Source of the DNA: a virus
Lineage: Duplodnaviria > Caudoviricetes
DNA: 64,000 bases
IMG/VR virus record: IMGVR_UViG_3300020047_006434
Location: 1-64,000 of that record
Direction: 5' to 3' (one strand)
How positions within the stretch are numbered: the stretch's first letter is position 1; the number at the start of each line of letters is the position of its first letter. Below are positions 45,057 through 54,153 of this stretch, piece after piece. Made by a program: the position numbers and the translations under genes. The notes beneath the pieces were generated by a model that was given only the letters and a program-made list of their open reading frames with translations, was not told the DNA's origin and ran no database searches.

Positions 45057-45210
45057 AGTCAGAAAAATGAACAAAAAAAACGGCGTGTAACCGGATTTCT
45101 CCGATCACACGCCGCTGGTCAATTAAGACGGTTAGACGTTTTATCTATATTTAGTTTGGGCTAAGTGCCCTTAACACCTGCTGACAGTATACCAGAAAAC
45201 AGGCGTTTCG

Positions 45211-45423
45211 TCAATGGGTTTCGGCTATAGTCGTTGACAGCGTGCGCCCGTGGCTATCCACCATTTTGATTACGTTGGCCGGCATCGATCTGTCACAGCA
45301 CACCGTGAATACGTGGTCACCAATGTAAATCTGCGCCGCTTTACTCAGGGCTTCATCGCTAATCGTTGCGCCATCTGGTAAAACAATCCATTCACCCAAG
45401 TAAGGGTTATATTTCATTGTCAT
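45211..45423 (-). CDS. hypothetical protein
   Basis: Late operon ORF. Confidence 0.5.
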   Translation of the reverse strand: MTMKYNPYLGEWIVLPDGATISDEALSKAAQIYIGDHVFTVCCDRSMPANVIKMVDSHGRTLSTTIAETH

Positions 45424-45469
45424 GCTTCACCCCTGTTCATCGAACCATGCGCCCCAAATGCGCATACTG

Positions 45470-45898
45470 CTACCCGTTTTGCTCCCACCAACTTGTTATA
45501 TCGCGACTCATGCGGCGTGTCAAATCACCCATAAAATCGCCAATCACATCGGCGGCTAGCCACCATCGGCCCTCATGCATCCACGCCTGACTGTCGGCAC
45601 CATCGGCATCACCGACCACGTAAGGACCATAGAACTGCCCGCGGTCACCCCGTGCTGAGTTCTGGATGGATACCTGCCCAGGCTTGTCTTTCTTGACGTT
45701 CCAGCTATTCGCTAGCCGTCCGGTGCGGATATACTTCTGATTCGGTCGCTTCGGCGGGTAGGGCATCGACTTCAATTCGTGGCGTATGTCCTGCGCCCAC
45801 TCACCCAGCGTATCCTCAATCACTTCGGGATGCGTTGACGCTAACATACGCAGGGCATTGCCAACGCGCTGATAACCAATAATCTTAAAATCAATCAT
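45470..45898 (-). CDS. HK97 gp10-like neck/tail completion protein
   Basis: YIRTGRLANSW, YGPYV. Confidence 0.7.
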   Translation of the reverse strand: MIDFKIIGYQRVGNALRMLASTHPEVIEDTLGEWAQDIRHELKSMPYPPKRPNQKYIRTGRLANSWNVKKDKPGQVSIQNSARGDRGQFYGPYVVGDADGADSQAWMHEGRWWLAADVIGDFMGDLTRRMSRDITSWWEQNG

Positions 45899-45906
45899 CT
45901 ATCCAC

Positions 45907-46557
45907 CTACAGCTTAGGTACCACTAGCGGGTTCCACGTTGTTGCATTCGTGATGCATCCGGCACAGTTTTCTGTCGGCGTCAACGTCCAGTAGCAAAGC
46001 CACTCTTTATCATTCTCTTTGATGTCCCAGTAACATTTACAGTTGCTGAGACATGGCGTATTACCTGCTCCGGGGTACTGTGGCATGTCAGGCATCCCCC
46101 GTGCCGCCACCTTTGACCGCTCAAAAGCTTGGCTACTTGCCTCCGCATACATACGCGCCCGCGATGCAACCGCTGATTCGTTGTAGCGCCCACCGGCAAT
46201 GTCGGTGGCGAATCTGTCCAGATATTGATACTGGTTGCGCACCATATGGCCAACACGCCCCCAGTCGGCCTGAGACATCGTATTGCGTCCACCATGTGCA
46301 AGCATGTACTGATTGATAAAATTGTCTTTAATCTCTTGGCGCATTGCCAGGGTCCACTGATTCAGGTTGATGTCACCTTTGCTTAGTTTGGCCGACAATC
46401 CATTGACGCGTTCTTTACTTGACGCAATAATCTGCTCGCGAAAATCGAGCATTTTCTTCTGACCAACGAACGTGCCGGCGGTCTGATTGAGCGTGGCCGC
46501 GCCTTCTGCCGTTACACGGTATCGTCTAGACGCGGAGTCCCATGACCATAGTCCCAT
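45907..46557 (-). CDS. minor head / head morphogenesis protein (SPP1 gp7/Mu F-like)
   Basis: After portal; PG.GNTPCLSNCKC, WTLTPTENCAGC. Confidence 0.7.
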   Translation of the reverse strand: MGLWSWDSASRRYRVTAEGAATLNQTAGTFVGQKKMLDFREQIIASSKERVNGLSAKLSKGDINLNQWTLAMRQEIKDNFINQYMLAHGGRNTMSQADWGRVGHMVRNQYQYLDRFATDIAGGRYNESAVASRARMYAEASSQAFERSKVAARGMPDMPQYPGAGNTPCLSNCKCYWDIKENDKEWLCYWTLTPTENCAGCITNATTWNPLVVPKL

Positions 46558-48416
46558 TATAGGTCACTCCCGACCGATTGCGCATCGGCTTCGAGCAAGC
46601 CGGCATAATTGGGAAACGTCCGATCCCACGCCGCTATGGCGTGCTCAATATCGTCATCAGTAATCTGTAGCTCAGATGGCACAGGCGGCAATGGCTCATC
46701 GTTGCCACGTGGAATAAATCGCAATGCCTTTGCGCTATCGTCTCGCACGTCAGCGTAGATAGTGGCTTTGTCAGCGTCGGTCAGATATGCCGCCTTAAAT
46801 CCGTCAGGCTGCCGTGATTCGTCACGCTTAAGCCACTTGCGGTAAGCTTTCGCTTCCTGTTGGCGCATGGTATCCGGTGGCGCATCTGCCGGCGCGCCCT
46901 GCGGTTGGTCCGGCGGTGGTTGCTCTTGTGGCGCTGGCAATTGGCGCTGTGGTTGGACGGTCACGGAATCGACGGATGGTAGCAATGCAGGCGGTAATCC
47001 CATTAACTGGAACAACGCTTCCGGCGGAATGCCAAGCCCCACACCAGCGGCGATTGCCTCGAACTTGGCTTTGTACTCCGATGGCGGTGGCTGTGGCAAT
47101 GGTGGTAATCCTAACCCTGCCCGCGCCTCTTCACGGGTAATAATGCCGGCGGTAATTTGATAGTTGTAGGTTTGCGCCAACTGAACACGCCCAGCGCTTT
47201 CGTCAGGCTGTGCTGCCGCTTGCTGTACGGGTTCAGATAGCAGGCGTGCGCCTTTATTGTCGGCTAGGGGCGGCATACTGTAGAAGCCCTGCCGTAGCTC
47301 GTCAATCGTTTGCACCTGGCTGGCCGCGTTCTGTTCTGCCAACTGCATACCACGGTCGGCAATCCGCACGTCGTCAAAAGCGCCCACAAGATCGTTGCCA
47401 TAGGCAGGCAGTAAATCATTGGTGATCTTCTCCGCAATGCTGACTAGTTGCGGCCACACCGCCATTTCCATAAAGGTGGATTTTCCGGCATTGCTGTTGG
47501 CCTCAGTGGCATTCACGGCCAGCATGGAGGCGTAACCAGGTGCGTAGATTGAAAAGATTTCCTCTTTATTGAAGGTGCGGCCGCTCAGGAACTCCATGTC
47601 ACGCTGTGATAGCGCCATACTAATCCACTGCACGCCACCTTTGCCCACGTTGCGCAGCATCATCATCTGGCGCTTTGTGCCGCCATGCTTGGCATTCACA
47701 TCGGCTTTGATTTTCTCCCATGCGTCGTTTTCAATTGGGTCAGCAAATGCTAGCGCACCTGGCACCTTGGCGTTGTCCTTGTCAAAGTAGTTGGTGTTCC
47801 ACCGTTGCATAGCCAAGTCACCCTGCGCTATGGTAGCCAGCGCTTCAATTGGTGATAAGCCCACAAAGCTATTGAGCGGGTGAAAGCGCTTAAAGTGGAC
47901 AATCTCATGACGCTCTAGCGGGATTTTTTCGCCGGCATCTGATTCGTACATGTAGCCACGTAGGAACATCCTGCCATCGGGTACCGGTTGAATCCGGTGT
48001 GGTGGAATAATCCAAATCTCGTTCGGCTCAGCATTTTCATTGGCGCGATTTAGCCACCAGTAGGCATTGCCGGTCAATGCGTGAAAACTAATCGTCGCCT
48101 CTAGTAATTCAAAGCGGCTCTGCAATGGGTTGGGCCGGCGTAGCAATAACTCGAATGGATGATTTTCGACGCCTTGTGTGTCTTCGCCTTTTAATTGAGA
48201 TACACTAAATCCAGTTGTAGCAGCCGTGCGCGCAACACCAGCCACAGCCGCCTGCACCCATGACAAGCGCAAGTACAATTCGGATTGCGCCTGTGGTAGC
48301 GACCGATCCGGTATCGCCCACCGCTCATCATTTGCCGTTACCCGCAGCCAGTCCGCCTGCACTTGGTCCGCCTTGCGGTACCCGAACCGCGCCGCCAATC
48401 TATCGATGATGCCCAC
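46557..48416 (-). CDS. portal protein (HK97 family)
   Basis: HPFELLLRRPNP, TGNAYWW, GLSPIEAL, ITREEARAGLGLPP. Confidence 0.93.
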   Translation of the reverse strand: MGIIDRLAARFGYRKADQVQADWLRVTANDERWAIPDRSLPQAQSELYLRLSWVQAAVAGVARTAATTGFSVSQLKGEDTQGVENHPFELLLRRPNPLQSRFELLEATISFHALTGNAYWWLNRANENAEPNEIWIIPPHRIQPVPDGRMFLRGYMYESDAGEKIPLERHEIVHFKRFHPLNSFVGLSPIEALATIAQGDLAMQRWNTNYFDKDNAKVPGALAFADPIENDAWEKIKADVNAKHGGTKRQMMMLRNVGKGGVQWISMALSQRDMEFLSGRTFNKEEIFSIYAPGYASMLAVNATEANSNAGKSTFMEMAVWPQLVSIAEKITNDLLPAYGNDLVGAFDDVRIADRGMQLAEQNAASQVQTIDELRQGFYSMPPLADNKGARLLSEPVQQAAAQPDESAGRVQLAQTYNYQITAGIITREEARAGLGLPPLPQPPPSEYKAKFEAIAAGVGLGIPPEALFQLMGLPPALLPSVDSVTVQPQRQLPAPQEQPPPDQPQGAPADAPPDTMRQQEAKAYRKWLKRDESRQPDGFKAAYLTDADKATIYADVRDDSAKALRFIPRGNDEPLPPVPSELQITDDDIEHAIAAWDRTFPNYAGLLEADAQSVGSDL

Positions 48417-48642
48417 TATATGCCGCCTTTTTCAATTGATTGCCACTGGGCAACGGTTCGCGCCCCAACGCCTTGCGCCAGTATTGCGCCATGCTCATGC
48501 TGATACGATACGCCTGCTCCGCGTCGCCGGATGGAATCGCCATCATATCGCACGGCTGCCCGTTCATGCTGTGGATTCTTAGCACGCCAGCGTCGTCCAT
48601 GCGTGCCTGCAACGTGATGGCGGGTGTAGATTGGGTCATCAA
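48400..48642 (-). CDS. hypothetical protein
   Basis: Between TerL and portal. Confidence 0.5.
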   Translation of the reverse strand: MMTQSTPAITLQARMDDAGVLRIHSMNGQPCDMMAIPSGDAEQAYRISMSMAQYWRKALGREPLPSGNQLKKAAYSGHHR

Positions 48643-48851
48643 TTCCCCTCGCGAACAACGGACAAATCACACTCGTTTAACACAAGTATCTGAATGTCAG
48701 GGAAGAAAGCATGTAACTGTTTTACAATTTGGTCCCTGTCTTCAAGCGTCGGATTTACACCGGGGCGCATGGTCAGCACAAGCGTGTCGCCTTTGCGAAT
48801 ATTGACGATCTCTATCCGTTCAGCCTTGTTCAGCAACTCTTGATTGTCCAT
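48639..48851 (-). CDS. hypothetical protein
   Basis: Between TerL and portal; GGAG RBS. Confidence 0.6.
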   Translation of the reverse strand: MDNQELLNKAERIEIVNIRKGDTLVLTMRPGVNPTLEDRDQIVKQLHAFFPDIQILVLNECDLSVVREGN

Positions 48852-48859
48852 GTGTCTCC

Positions 48860-50365
48860 CTATGCAAAATCGACTAAGCTCTCTGGTTCTATTGTGCCAA
48901 AGATTAACGGTCCAGCCGCAGCCAAAGCAACAGCGTCACCACAGTCAGGTGAACGTTTGATGCGGTCAATAATTTCATCTTTGCTTTCCACTTGAATGCC
49001 CCGCATTGTAAGTTTCCACCGTGGAACGCATAGGTCGGCTTTTAATTCTGAATCTGGCGGCAAGGCTATATCTTCACCACTTTGCGGATCTAATGCTTCT
49101 CTCAACTTCCAATATGCTTCTGCCCGCTTATTGACAATGCGCAGCTTCCTGCTTTTGTCTGTGGCAGACGATGCTTCTGCGAAATTCGCTGCATTAACCT
49201 TTACTCCATTAGCCCTTACTGCGTCGTACACAGCGGAACCAACGCCAATAATATCAAGATTGATTCGCACACCAGGCTCGTAAGCTGCTATCACTTTTGC
49301 TGCTGCGGTCGGCCCATCTGGTGTCTCAGATCCTGCATACTTTAGCAGTGGAGCAAACCAATTACCATAGCGCTGGGAAATCACCGTTTTATCCTTGCCA
49401 CCTCTAGCGACATCAACGCCCAATGCTGACAATGCGGCGTCTGGCTTGCCTCGTTGCTTCCATCTTGCCTGCGCCAAGTCAACCCATAAAGTCGGTATCA
49501 CTTGCCACGGATTATCTTCTACACCGACGAAGAAATCGCCCTTAAGCATTTGTGTTCGCAGCGGTTCTGGCAATGACTGCAAGGTTGCTCCATAATCAGT
49601 TGCCATTAGATAAGGGTTATCAGATAATCGCGCCGGTACAAATGTTCTACTTTTCGGCTTTATCTCATCGCCCTTATGTATGAATGGTCGGCTTGATTCT
49701 ACCTCTACATCCTCACCGTCAATCATAGCGAACCAGCGCAATTCACCAGGCTTTGCAGGGTTGCTATACTGCTTGTCTATCCAAGGTGCCCAACGCCTTA
49801 TGACCCATTCGCCATCAGCATTCGTTGGCGGATTGCCTGCACCAACAACCCTCGTTCTTTGCCCTGGTTTTGTTGTGCGATTCCAGCCTATCAAAAATCG
49901 ATACTGGAGTTCGGTGAAATTTGGCAACTCATCAAATGCTTTTAGATCGTGAGCGCGACCCTGGTATTTACTCACATCGCCCTCGTACTGAACGGCGCCA
50001 AATTCAAGAGTGCATTTAGGTAGACGCCACATGTTCGCCTGACCATTATATCTACCTTTGATGCCGATGATCGCTTGACTACGATCAATCATGTCCTTAA
50101 GCTGCGGATACTCACGGCGAAACACGATGCTTTTTGCGTGTTGGGTAAGTGCTAGACCTAGAATCAAATCAGTCTTGCCGCCACCGGCAGCGCCGCCATA
50201 AAAAAGCTCATCGGCATTAGAGTAGTATGCTTCAGTCTGTGGACCCGGCAACGGGCGCCATATCGTCTGATCCGCCTTCAACAGTTTGTCGATCTCGTCT
50301 AGCTCTTGCGGCTTCAAAAATGGCAGCAATTCTAGCAGCTCTTTGTTCGTCCGTGAAAGTAGCAT
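48860..50365 (-). CDS. terL: terminase large subunit
   Basis: Walker A GGAAGGGKT, Walker B FDEL, nuclease LGVDVARGGKDKT and SPDCGDA. Confidence 0.95.
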   Translation of the reverse strand: MLLSRTNKELLELLPFLKPQELDEIDKLLKADQTIWRPLPGPQTEAYYSNADELFYGGAAGGGKTDLILGLALTQHAKSIVFRREYPQLKDMIDRSQAIIGIKGRYNGQANMWRLPKCTLEFGAVQYEGDVSKYQGRAHDLKAFDELPNFTELQYRFLIGWNRTTKPGQRTRVVGAGNPPTNADGEWVIRRWAPWIDKQYSNPAKPGELRWFAMIDGEDVEVESSRPFIHKGDEIKPKSRTFVPARLSDNPYLMATDYGATLQSLPEPLRTQMLKGDFFVGVEDNPWQVIPTLWVDLAQARWKQRGKPDAALSALGVDVARGGKDKTVISQRYGNWFAPLLKYAGSETPDGPTAAAKVIAAYEPGVRINLDIIGVGSAVYDAVRANGVKVNAANFAEASSATDKSRKLRIVNKRAEAYWKLREALDPQSGEDIALPPDSELKADLCVPRWKLTMRGIQVESKDEIIDRIKRSPDCGDAVALAAAGPLIFGTIEPESLVDFA

Positions 50366-50855
50366 CTGTTGTCTCTATTGGTCCGCCATCCTTGCCGGTC
50401 AACTCAGTGCGATCAGCAAAAAGCTTGTGGTACTTTCCCAAATGTACCAGCGCCGCCTGGGCGTCGTGTAGTTCAAATTCAACTTCAACGGTCTGCACTT
50501 CCATTTCGCCAACAGTGCGTGTGGTCGTCTTGGTCTTCAATTTCTTCAGCAACGCTGTGCGCTTTCCCCGGCGCGCTTTGGTCAAATCGAAAGCGCCATC
50601 AGCGTCCAGGAAATCATCAATGTCAGCGCGGGCATGATCCGTAATGCGTGCCAAGACTTCATCGGCGGGCATGGCAGCCTGATCAAGCCTCGCCTGAATC
50701 GCCTCTGCAACGCGGGCAGTTCTCAAAAGTCGCCAGCCGTTTGACGCCGCGGTTGTTCGATTTACCCCAGGGTAAACAGTCTGATAAGCCTCAGTGGCGT
50801 TTGAGTTTTGTAGATACTCCTCCACAAAACGCTGGTGCTTTATCGACAGTGCCAC
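50232..50855 (-). CDS. terS: terminase small subunit
   Basis: KHQRFVEEYL..NATEAY, DAQAALVHLGK, ELTGKDGGPI. Confidence 0.88.
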   Translation of the reverse strand: MALSIKHQRFVEEYLQNSNATEAYQTVYPGVNRTTAASNGWRLLRTARVAEAIQARLDQAAMPADEVLARITDHARADIDDFLDADGAFDLTKARRGKRTALLKKLKTKTTTRTVGEMEVQTVEVEFELHDAQAALVHLGKYHKLFADRTELTGKDGGPIETTDATFTDEQRAARIAAIFEAARARRDRQTVEGGSDDMAPVAGSTD

Positions 50856-51217
50856 TACTTCGCCTCTCCATACACGAACGCCCGAATCTCCGCCAACGCT
50901 TCGTTATTCGCTGCGTGTCGCTCCTCGAACGTCGGCGCTAACGCATCGCAATCTGTCGGCAGATCTAGCGTTTTGCGTGCTAGGTCGTTGGCGACATCCA
51001 CATAGTGCGGCGTACCTTCTGATATGTACACCTGCCCCGTCGCGCCATTCATAAAGCTTTCCGAAATGGCGCGTAAAATAGCATGAGCCGCCGCACCCCA
51101 CGCCTCTCGAATTTCAGGCGTCAGATTGTCCCATGACGGGATAGGCTTTGCGTCATAGGTAATGCCGCTTCGATGTTTGCAATATGCATCAAACGCAACC
51201 TGTGCTAGATTCAGCAT
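50855..51217 (-). CDS. hypothetical protein
   Basis: AQVAFDAY...IPSWDNL motif. Confidence 0.6.
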   Translation of the reverse strand: MLNLAQVAFDAYCKHRSGITYDAKPIPSWDNLTPEIREAWGAAAHAILRAISESFMNGATGQVYISEGTPHYVDVANDLARKTLDLPTDCDALAPTFEERHAANNEALAEIRAFVYGEAK

Positions 51218-51338
51218 TTCTTCCCGCCCTTACCCTTACCGCTTTTACCCTTTTTCGCCATGTCTCTATATCTCCTGTCGTATGCCCACGTTGTCAGCAG
51301 CAGCAGAACCAACAGCGCCGCCGCTACTTGGGCGTCGG

Positions 51339-51512
51339 TCATGTGCGCTTGCTCGGCTGCACATCAACACGATAATCGTCGGACGCCGCCTTGCCTGTGC
51401 CGGTACTGTAGAATCCACACCACCATGTGCCGGCGGTGTCTACGTCAAAGGTCACGGCATAATCGCCGGTGTCAACCTTTGTCACGGCGCCATGCTTCCG
51501 ATTCGGCGTCAT
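51339..51512 (-). pseudogene. C-terminal remnant of a small virion protein
   Basis: VTKVDTGDYAVTFDVDTAGTWWCGFYSTG..AASD..VDV in the +1 frame overlapping 51472-51702. Confidence 0.4.
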
Positions 51513-51702
51513 CTAGCGCCATGTCTAGCGCCTCATCCCAGGCGTCCCTGAACTCTGCGTCAAGATTTTTCTGTGCATAGGCATACGACCGGCTGATTTT
51601 CGCCTTGCGACAGGCCGCGGCCACGTTGCTCGATTTGAGTAGCGCCGTAATAAAAATCTCTTTCCAGTTATCAGCCGGTTTCTGACTCTCTGCCTTTGCC
51701 AT
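51472..51702 (-). CDS. HTH protein resembling a truncated TerS-type N-terminus
   Basis: FITAL..SSNVAAACRKAKISRSYAY...EFRDAWDEA...EAWRR. Confidence 0.65.
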   Translation of the reverse strand: MAKAESQKPADNWKEIFITALLKSSNVAAACRKAKISRSYAYAQKNLDAEFRDAWDEALDMALDDAESEAWRRDKG

Positions 51703-52022
51703 CAGAACGCCTCATACACAAACCACTCACTCGCAATCGTGCGCGCCGGGGATGGGTTATCCCCGAACGTCGCCTTGAATTGCACCATGAACCGGCCGGC
51801 GTCGGCTACATCATCGGCATGGTAAGCCCATGTGAACACGCCATTTGCCCCGTCTGTCACGGTTAGCGTACCGGCAATGTCACGCACCGTGCCGGTAACG
51901 TTGTCACGTATCTTCCCGGTCAACGTTGCGCCGGTCAGGTTTTCAGGCGTATTGTCGCCACGGGTCCATGTGATAATCTGCGATGGTCGCAATGAATCTT
52001 GGATTGCTTGCGCTAGTGCCAT
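51702..52022 (-). CDS. BppU-N-like virion protein
   Basis: NLTGATL...TDGANGVFTW...AGRFMVQF. Confidence 0.65.
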   Translation of the reverse strand: MALAQAIQDSLRPSQIITWTRGDNTPENLTGATLTGKIRDNVTGTVRDIAGTLTVTDGANGVFTWAYHADDVADAGRFMVQFKATFGDNPSPARTIASEWFVYEAF

Positions 52023-52132
52023 GAATTCACATCTCCATACACCTGTGGTATAATATAAAGGTGAAACGGAAATACCGGGCGATTGCTTGCGACAATCCCC
52101 GGCCTGGTCAAACGTTGAAGGGAACGAATGAC

Positions 52133-52753
52133 ATGAGTGATCATACCACAGAAACTACCTCTACAAAACTCTGCGAATGCGGTTGTATGCGGCCTGCACC
52201 AATCGCAAAACGAAACAATACGAAGCTGCATCATGTAAAAGGTCAACCGGTGCGCTTTATCGTAGGCCATCAGCGAAAGAACAAGTTTACTCCCATCGAA
52301 GAGCGTTTTTGGAAATTTGTCCAAAAGACGAATACTTGTTGGATCTGGACTGGCGCTAAGACCAACGGCGGATATGGCGTACTGAATGATGGTTCCAATC
52401 ATGTTGTCCGCGCTCATCGACTGTCTTACGAAATGCACTATTCGCCTATCCCCAATGTCTTGGACGTATGCCACCATTGCGACAATCCCTCTTGTGTCAA
52501 TCCTGCACATCTTTTTCTTGGCACTCCCACAGAAAACGCTGCCGATATGGTAATGAAAAACCGTGTTAGCCGAACACACAATCCGCAAGGTGAAAAACAC
52601 CCGATGTCAAAGCTCACGGAAACACAAGTCGCCAGTATCAGAGCCGCATATATTCCGCATGTCGTCAGCCTCAACACATTAGCCAACAAGTATCACGTAT
52701 CCAAACGTACTATCCTGTTTATTATCCAGGGTAAGCACTGGAAACAAGTTTAA
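52133..52753 (+). CDS. HNH homing endonuclease (antisense insertion)
   Basis: CWIWTG, AHRLSY, VCHHCDNPSCVNPAHLFLGT, C-terminal HTH; own TGGTATAAT and leader hairpin upstream. Confidence 0.9.
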   Translation: MSDHTTETTSTKLCECGCMRPAPIAKRNNTKLHHVKGQPVRFIVGHQRKNKFTPIEERFWKFVQKTNTCWIWTGAKTNGGYGVLNDGSNHVVRAHRLSYEMHYSPIPNVLDVCHHCDNPSCVNPAHLFLGTPTENAADMVMKNRVSRTHNPQGEKHPMSKLTETQVASIRAAYIPHVVSLNTLANKYHVSKRTILFIIQGKHWKQV

Positions 52754-52785
52754 CCTAACCAAACTCGTAATTTACCTATTGCAAA

Positions 52786-53193
52786 TTACGAGTTTGCATC
52801 TGTGAGGGAAAAACTTGAAATCGTGACAGATTGTCCGCTTGCGATGGAGGTGTTGTCTAATTGAAGATCTCCGCCGCCACCAGTCACTGTAACCGTGCCT
52901 TGCAGATGGGCCGTCGTGCCATCGCTGGCATAGATGCGAAAATGCGCCGCTGTGCCGGTCGCATCAGCGGAGGTGTCCTGCCAGGTTCCGCTTTTGGCCT
53001 TGCTGCCACTAGAGGCTGCTGCTAACCAGTCAGATGGCAGCGTTAGACTTGCCAACACCGTGCCGCTGTCAGCGGTTGCCACATCCGCAGGCGCTGCGCC
53101 TGTACGAATTTTTAGCACAGCCGCCGTGCCGATTGCTGTCTCGATTGCATCAAGCCGAGCATTTCTTACACTTACTGAGAGCTGGACTGCCAA
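52786..53193 (-). CDS. small virion structural protein
   Basis: RNARLDAI...ADATGTAAHFRI...LDNTSIASGQ. Confidence 0.7.
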   Translation of the reverse strand: MAVQLSVSVRNARLDAIETAIGTAAVLKIRTGAAPADVATADSGTVLASLTLPSDWLAAASSGSKAKSGTWQDTSADATGTAAHFRIYASDGTTAHLQGTVTVTGGGGDLQLDNTSIASGQSVTISSFSLTDANS

Positions 53194-53207
53194 AGTACAC
53201 CTTCCTT

Positions 53208-53957
53208 TTATCTGTCGTTATTCCCGACAACTGAACATACATAAACCCGTTTTACCCATTCAAGAAACTCTGGCAAAGAAAGCGTTCGTTTTGCATTGTT
53301 GCAAACGATACAGCAAGGAACAACATTATCGATGGTATACCCCTTGCCGTTATCTACACGATCTAGACCATTGTAGACATAGTTCCCATTGCGCGCCGTA
53401 CACGTGTGCATGGGGGCGATCCCACAGTAATGACAGTTTTGCTGCATCAGTTCTGATACTTGTTCATCAGATAGTTGCCATGTAATATTTCGTCTTACTG
53501 CATTACTGATCATATTGGCAATCGCCCTATTCTTAGCAGCTATGCCCTTAGGAAGAGAAACTTTTTCTCTTGTCCTATCCCTATGTAGGCACCCACAACT
53601 TTCCGTATTGCCTGACCGTAACGAATGTCCTGTTACGGCGATCTCGTTGCCACAGTCACATCGACATACCCAGGTTGCTTGTGTTGCAGAATTACCGTGC
53701 TTACGTCTTAGATTATCGCCTCTCCTGAGGACAACAAGCCTACCATAGCGAGTTCCTGGAATCTCCTCAACAAATCTGCTATTGAGACAGCCACAACCTT
53801 TGGTGTTTCCGCTTTTTAAGCTCGCTCCTAGGATAGCTTTCGTCTTACCGCACTCGCACTGACAAAGCCACCGAATTTGCCCATTGTTGGCAACACTATC
53901 TCTGCTGATCACCGTCAATCTGCCAAACTTCTGTCCGGTTAAGTCCTCGAATTTCAT
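53208..53957 (-). CDS. HNH-type homing endonuclease
   Basis: Two DLTGQKFGRL-type repeats; CHYCG...GLDRVDNGKGYTIDNVVPCCIVCN. Confidence 0.85.
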   Translation of the reverse strand: MKFEDLTGQKFGRLTVISRDSVANNGQIRWLCQCECGKTKAILGASLKSGNTKGCGCLNSRFVEEIPGTRYGRLVVLRRGDNLRRKHGNSATQATWVCRCDCGNEIAVTGHSLRSGNTESCGCLHRDRTREKVSLPKGIAAKNRAIANMISNAVRRNITWQLSDEQVSELMQQNCHYCGIAPMHTCTARNGNYVYNGLDRVDNGKGYTIDNVVPCCIVCNNAKRTLSLPEFLEWVKRVYVCSVVGNNDR

Positions 53958-54118
53958 TTACGATCCTCCTCTTGTCGAACGCCTTCGCTTTCGGCCAATC
54001 GTCGAATCGCAATTTCCATAATAGCGGCCTGGGATATGCCCAGCTTCTTTGCCAGTTCCTTGATCAGGCTCTTCGCTTCTGGCGTCAAGCGAATGCTAGT
54101 TGCTTGTTTATTATCCAT
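53954..54118 (-). CDS. ribbon-helix-helix DNA-binding protein
   Basis: TSIRLTPEAKSLIKELAKKLGISQAAIMEIAI. Confidence 0.8.
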   Translation of the reverse strand: MDNKQATSIRLTPEAKSLIKELAKKLGISQAAIMEIAIRRLAESEGVRQEEDRK

Positions 54119-54153
54119 AACGCAATTATACCGCATTTTGCGTTATTTTGCAA

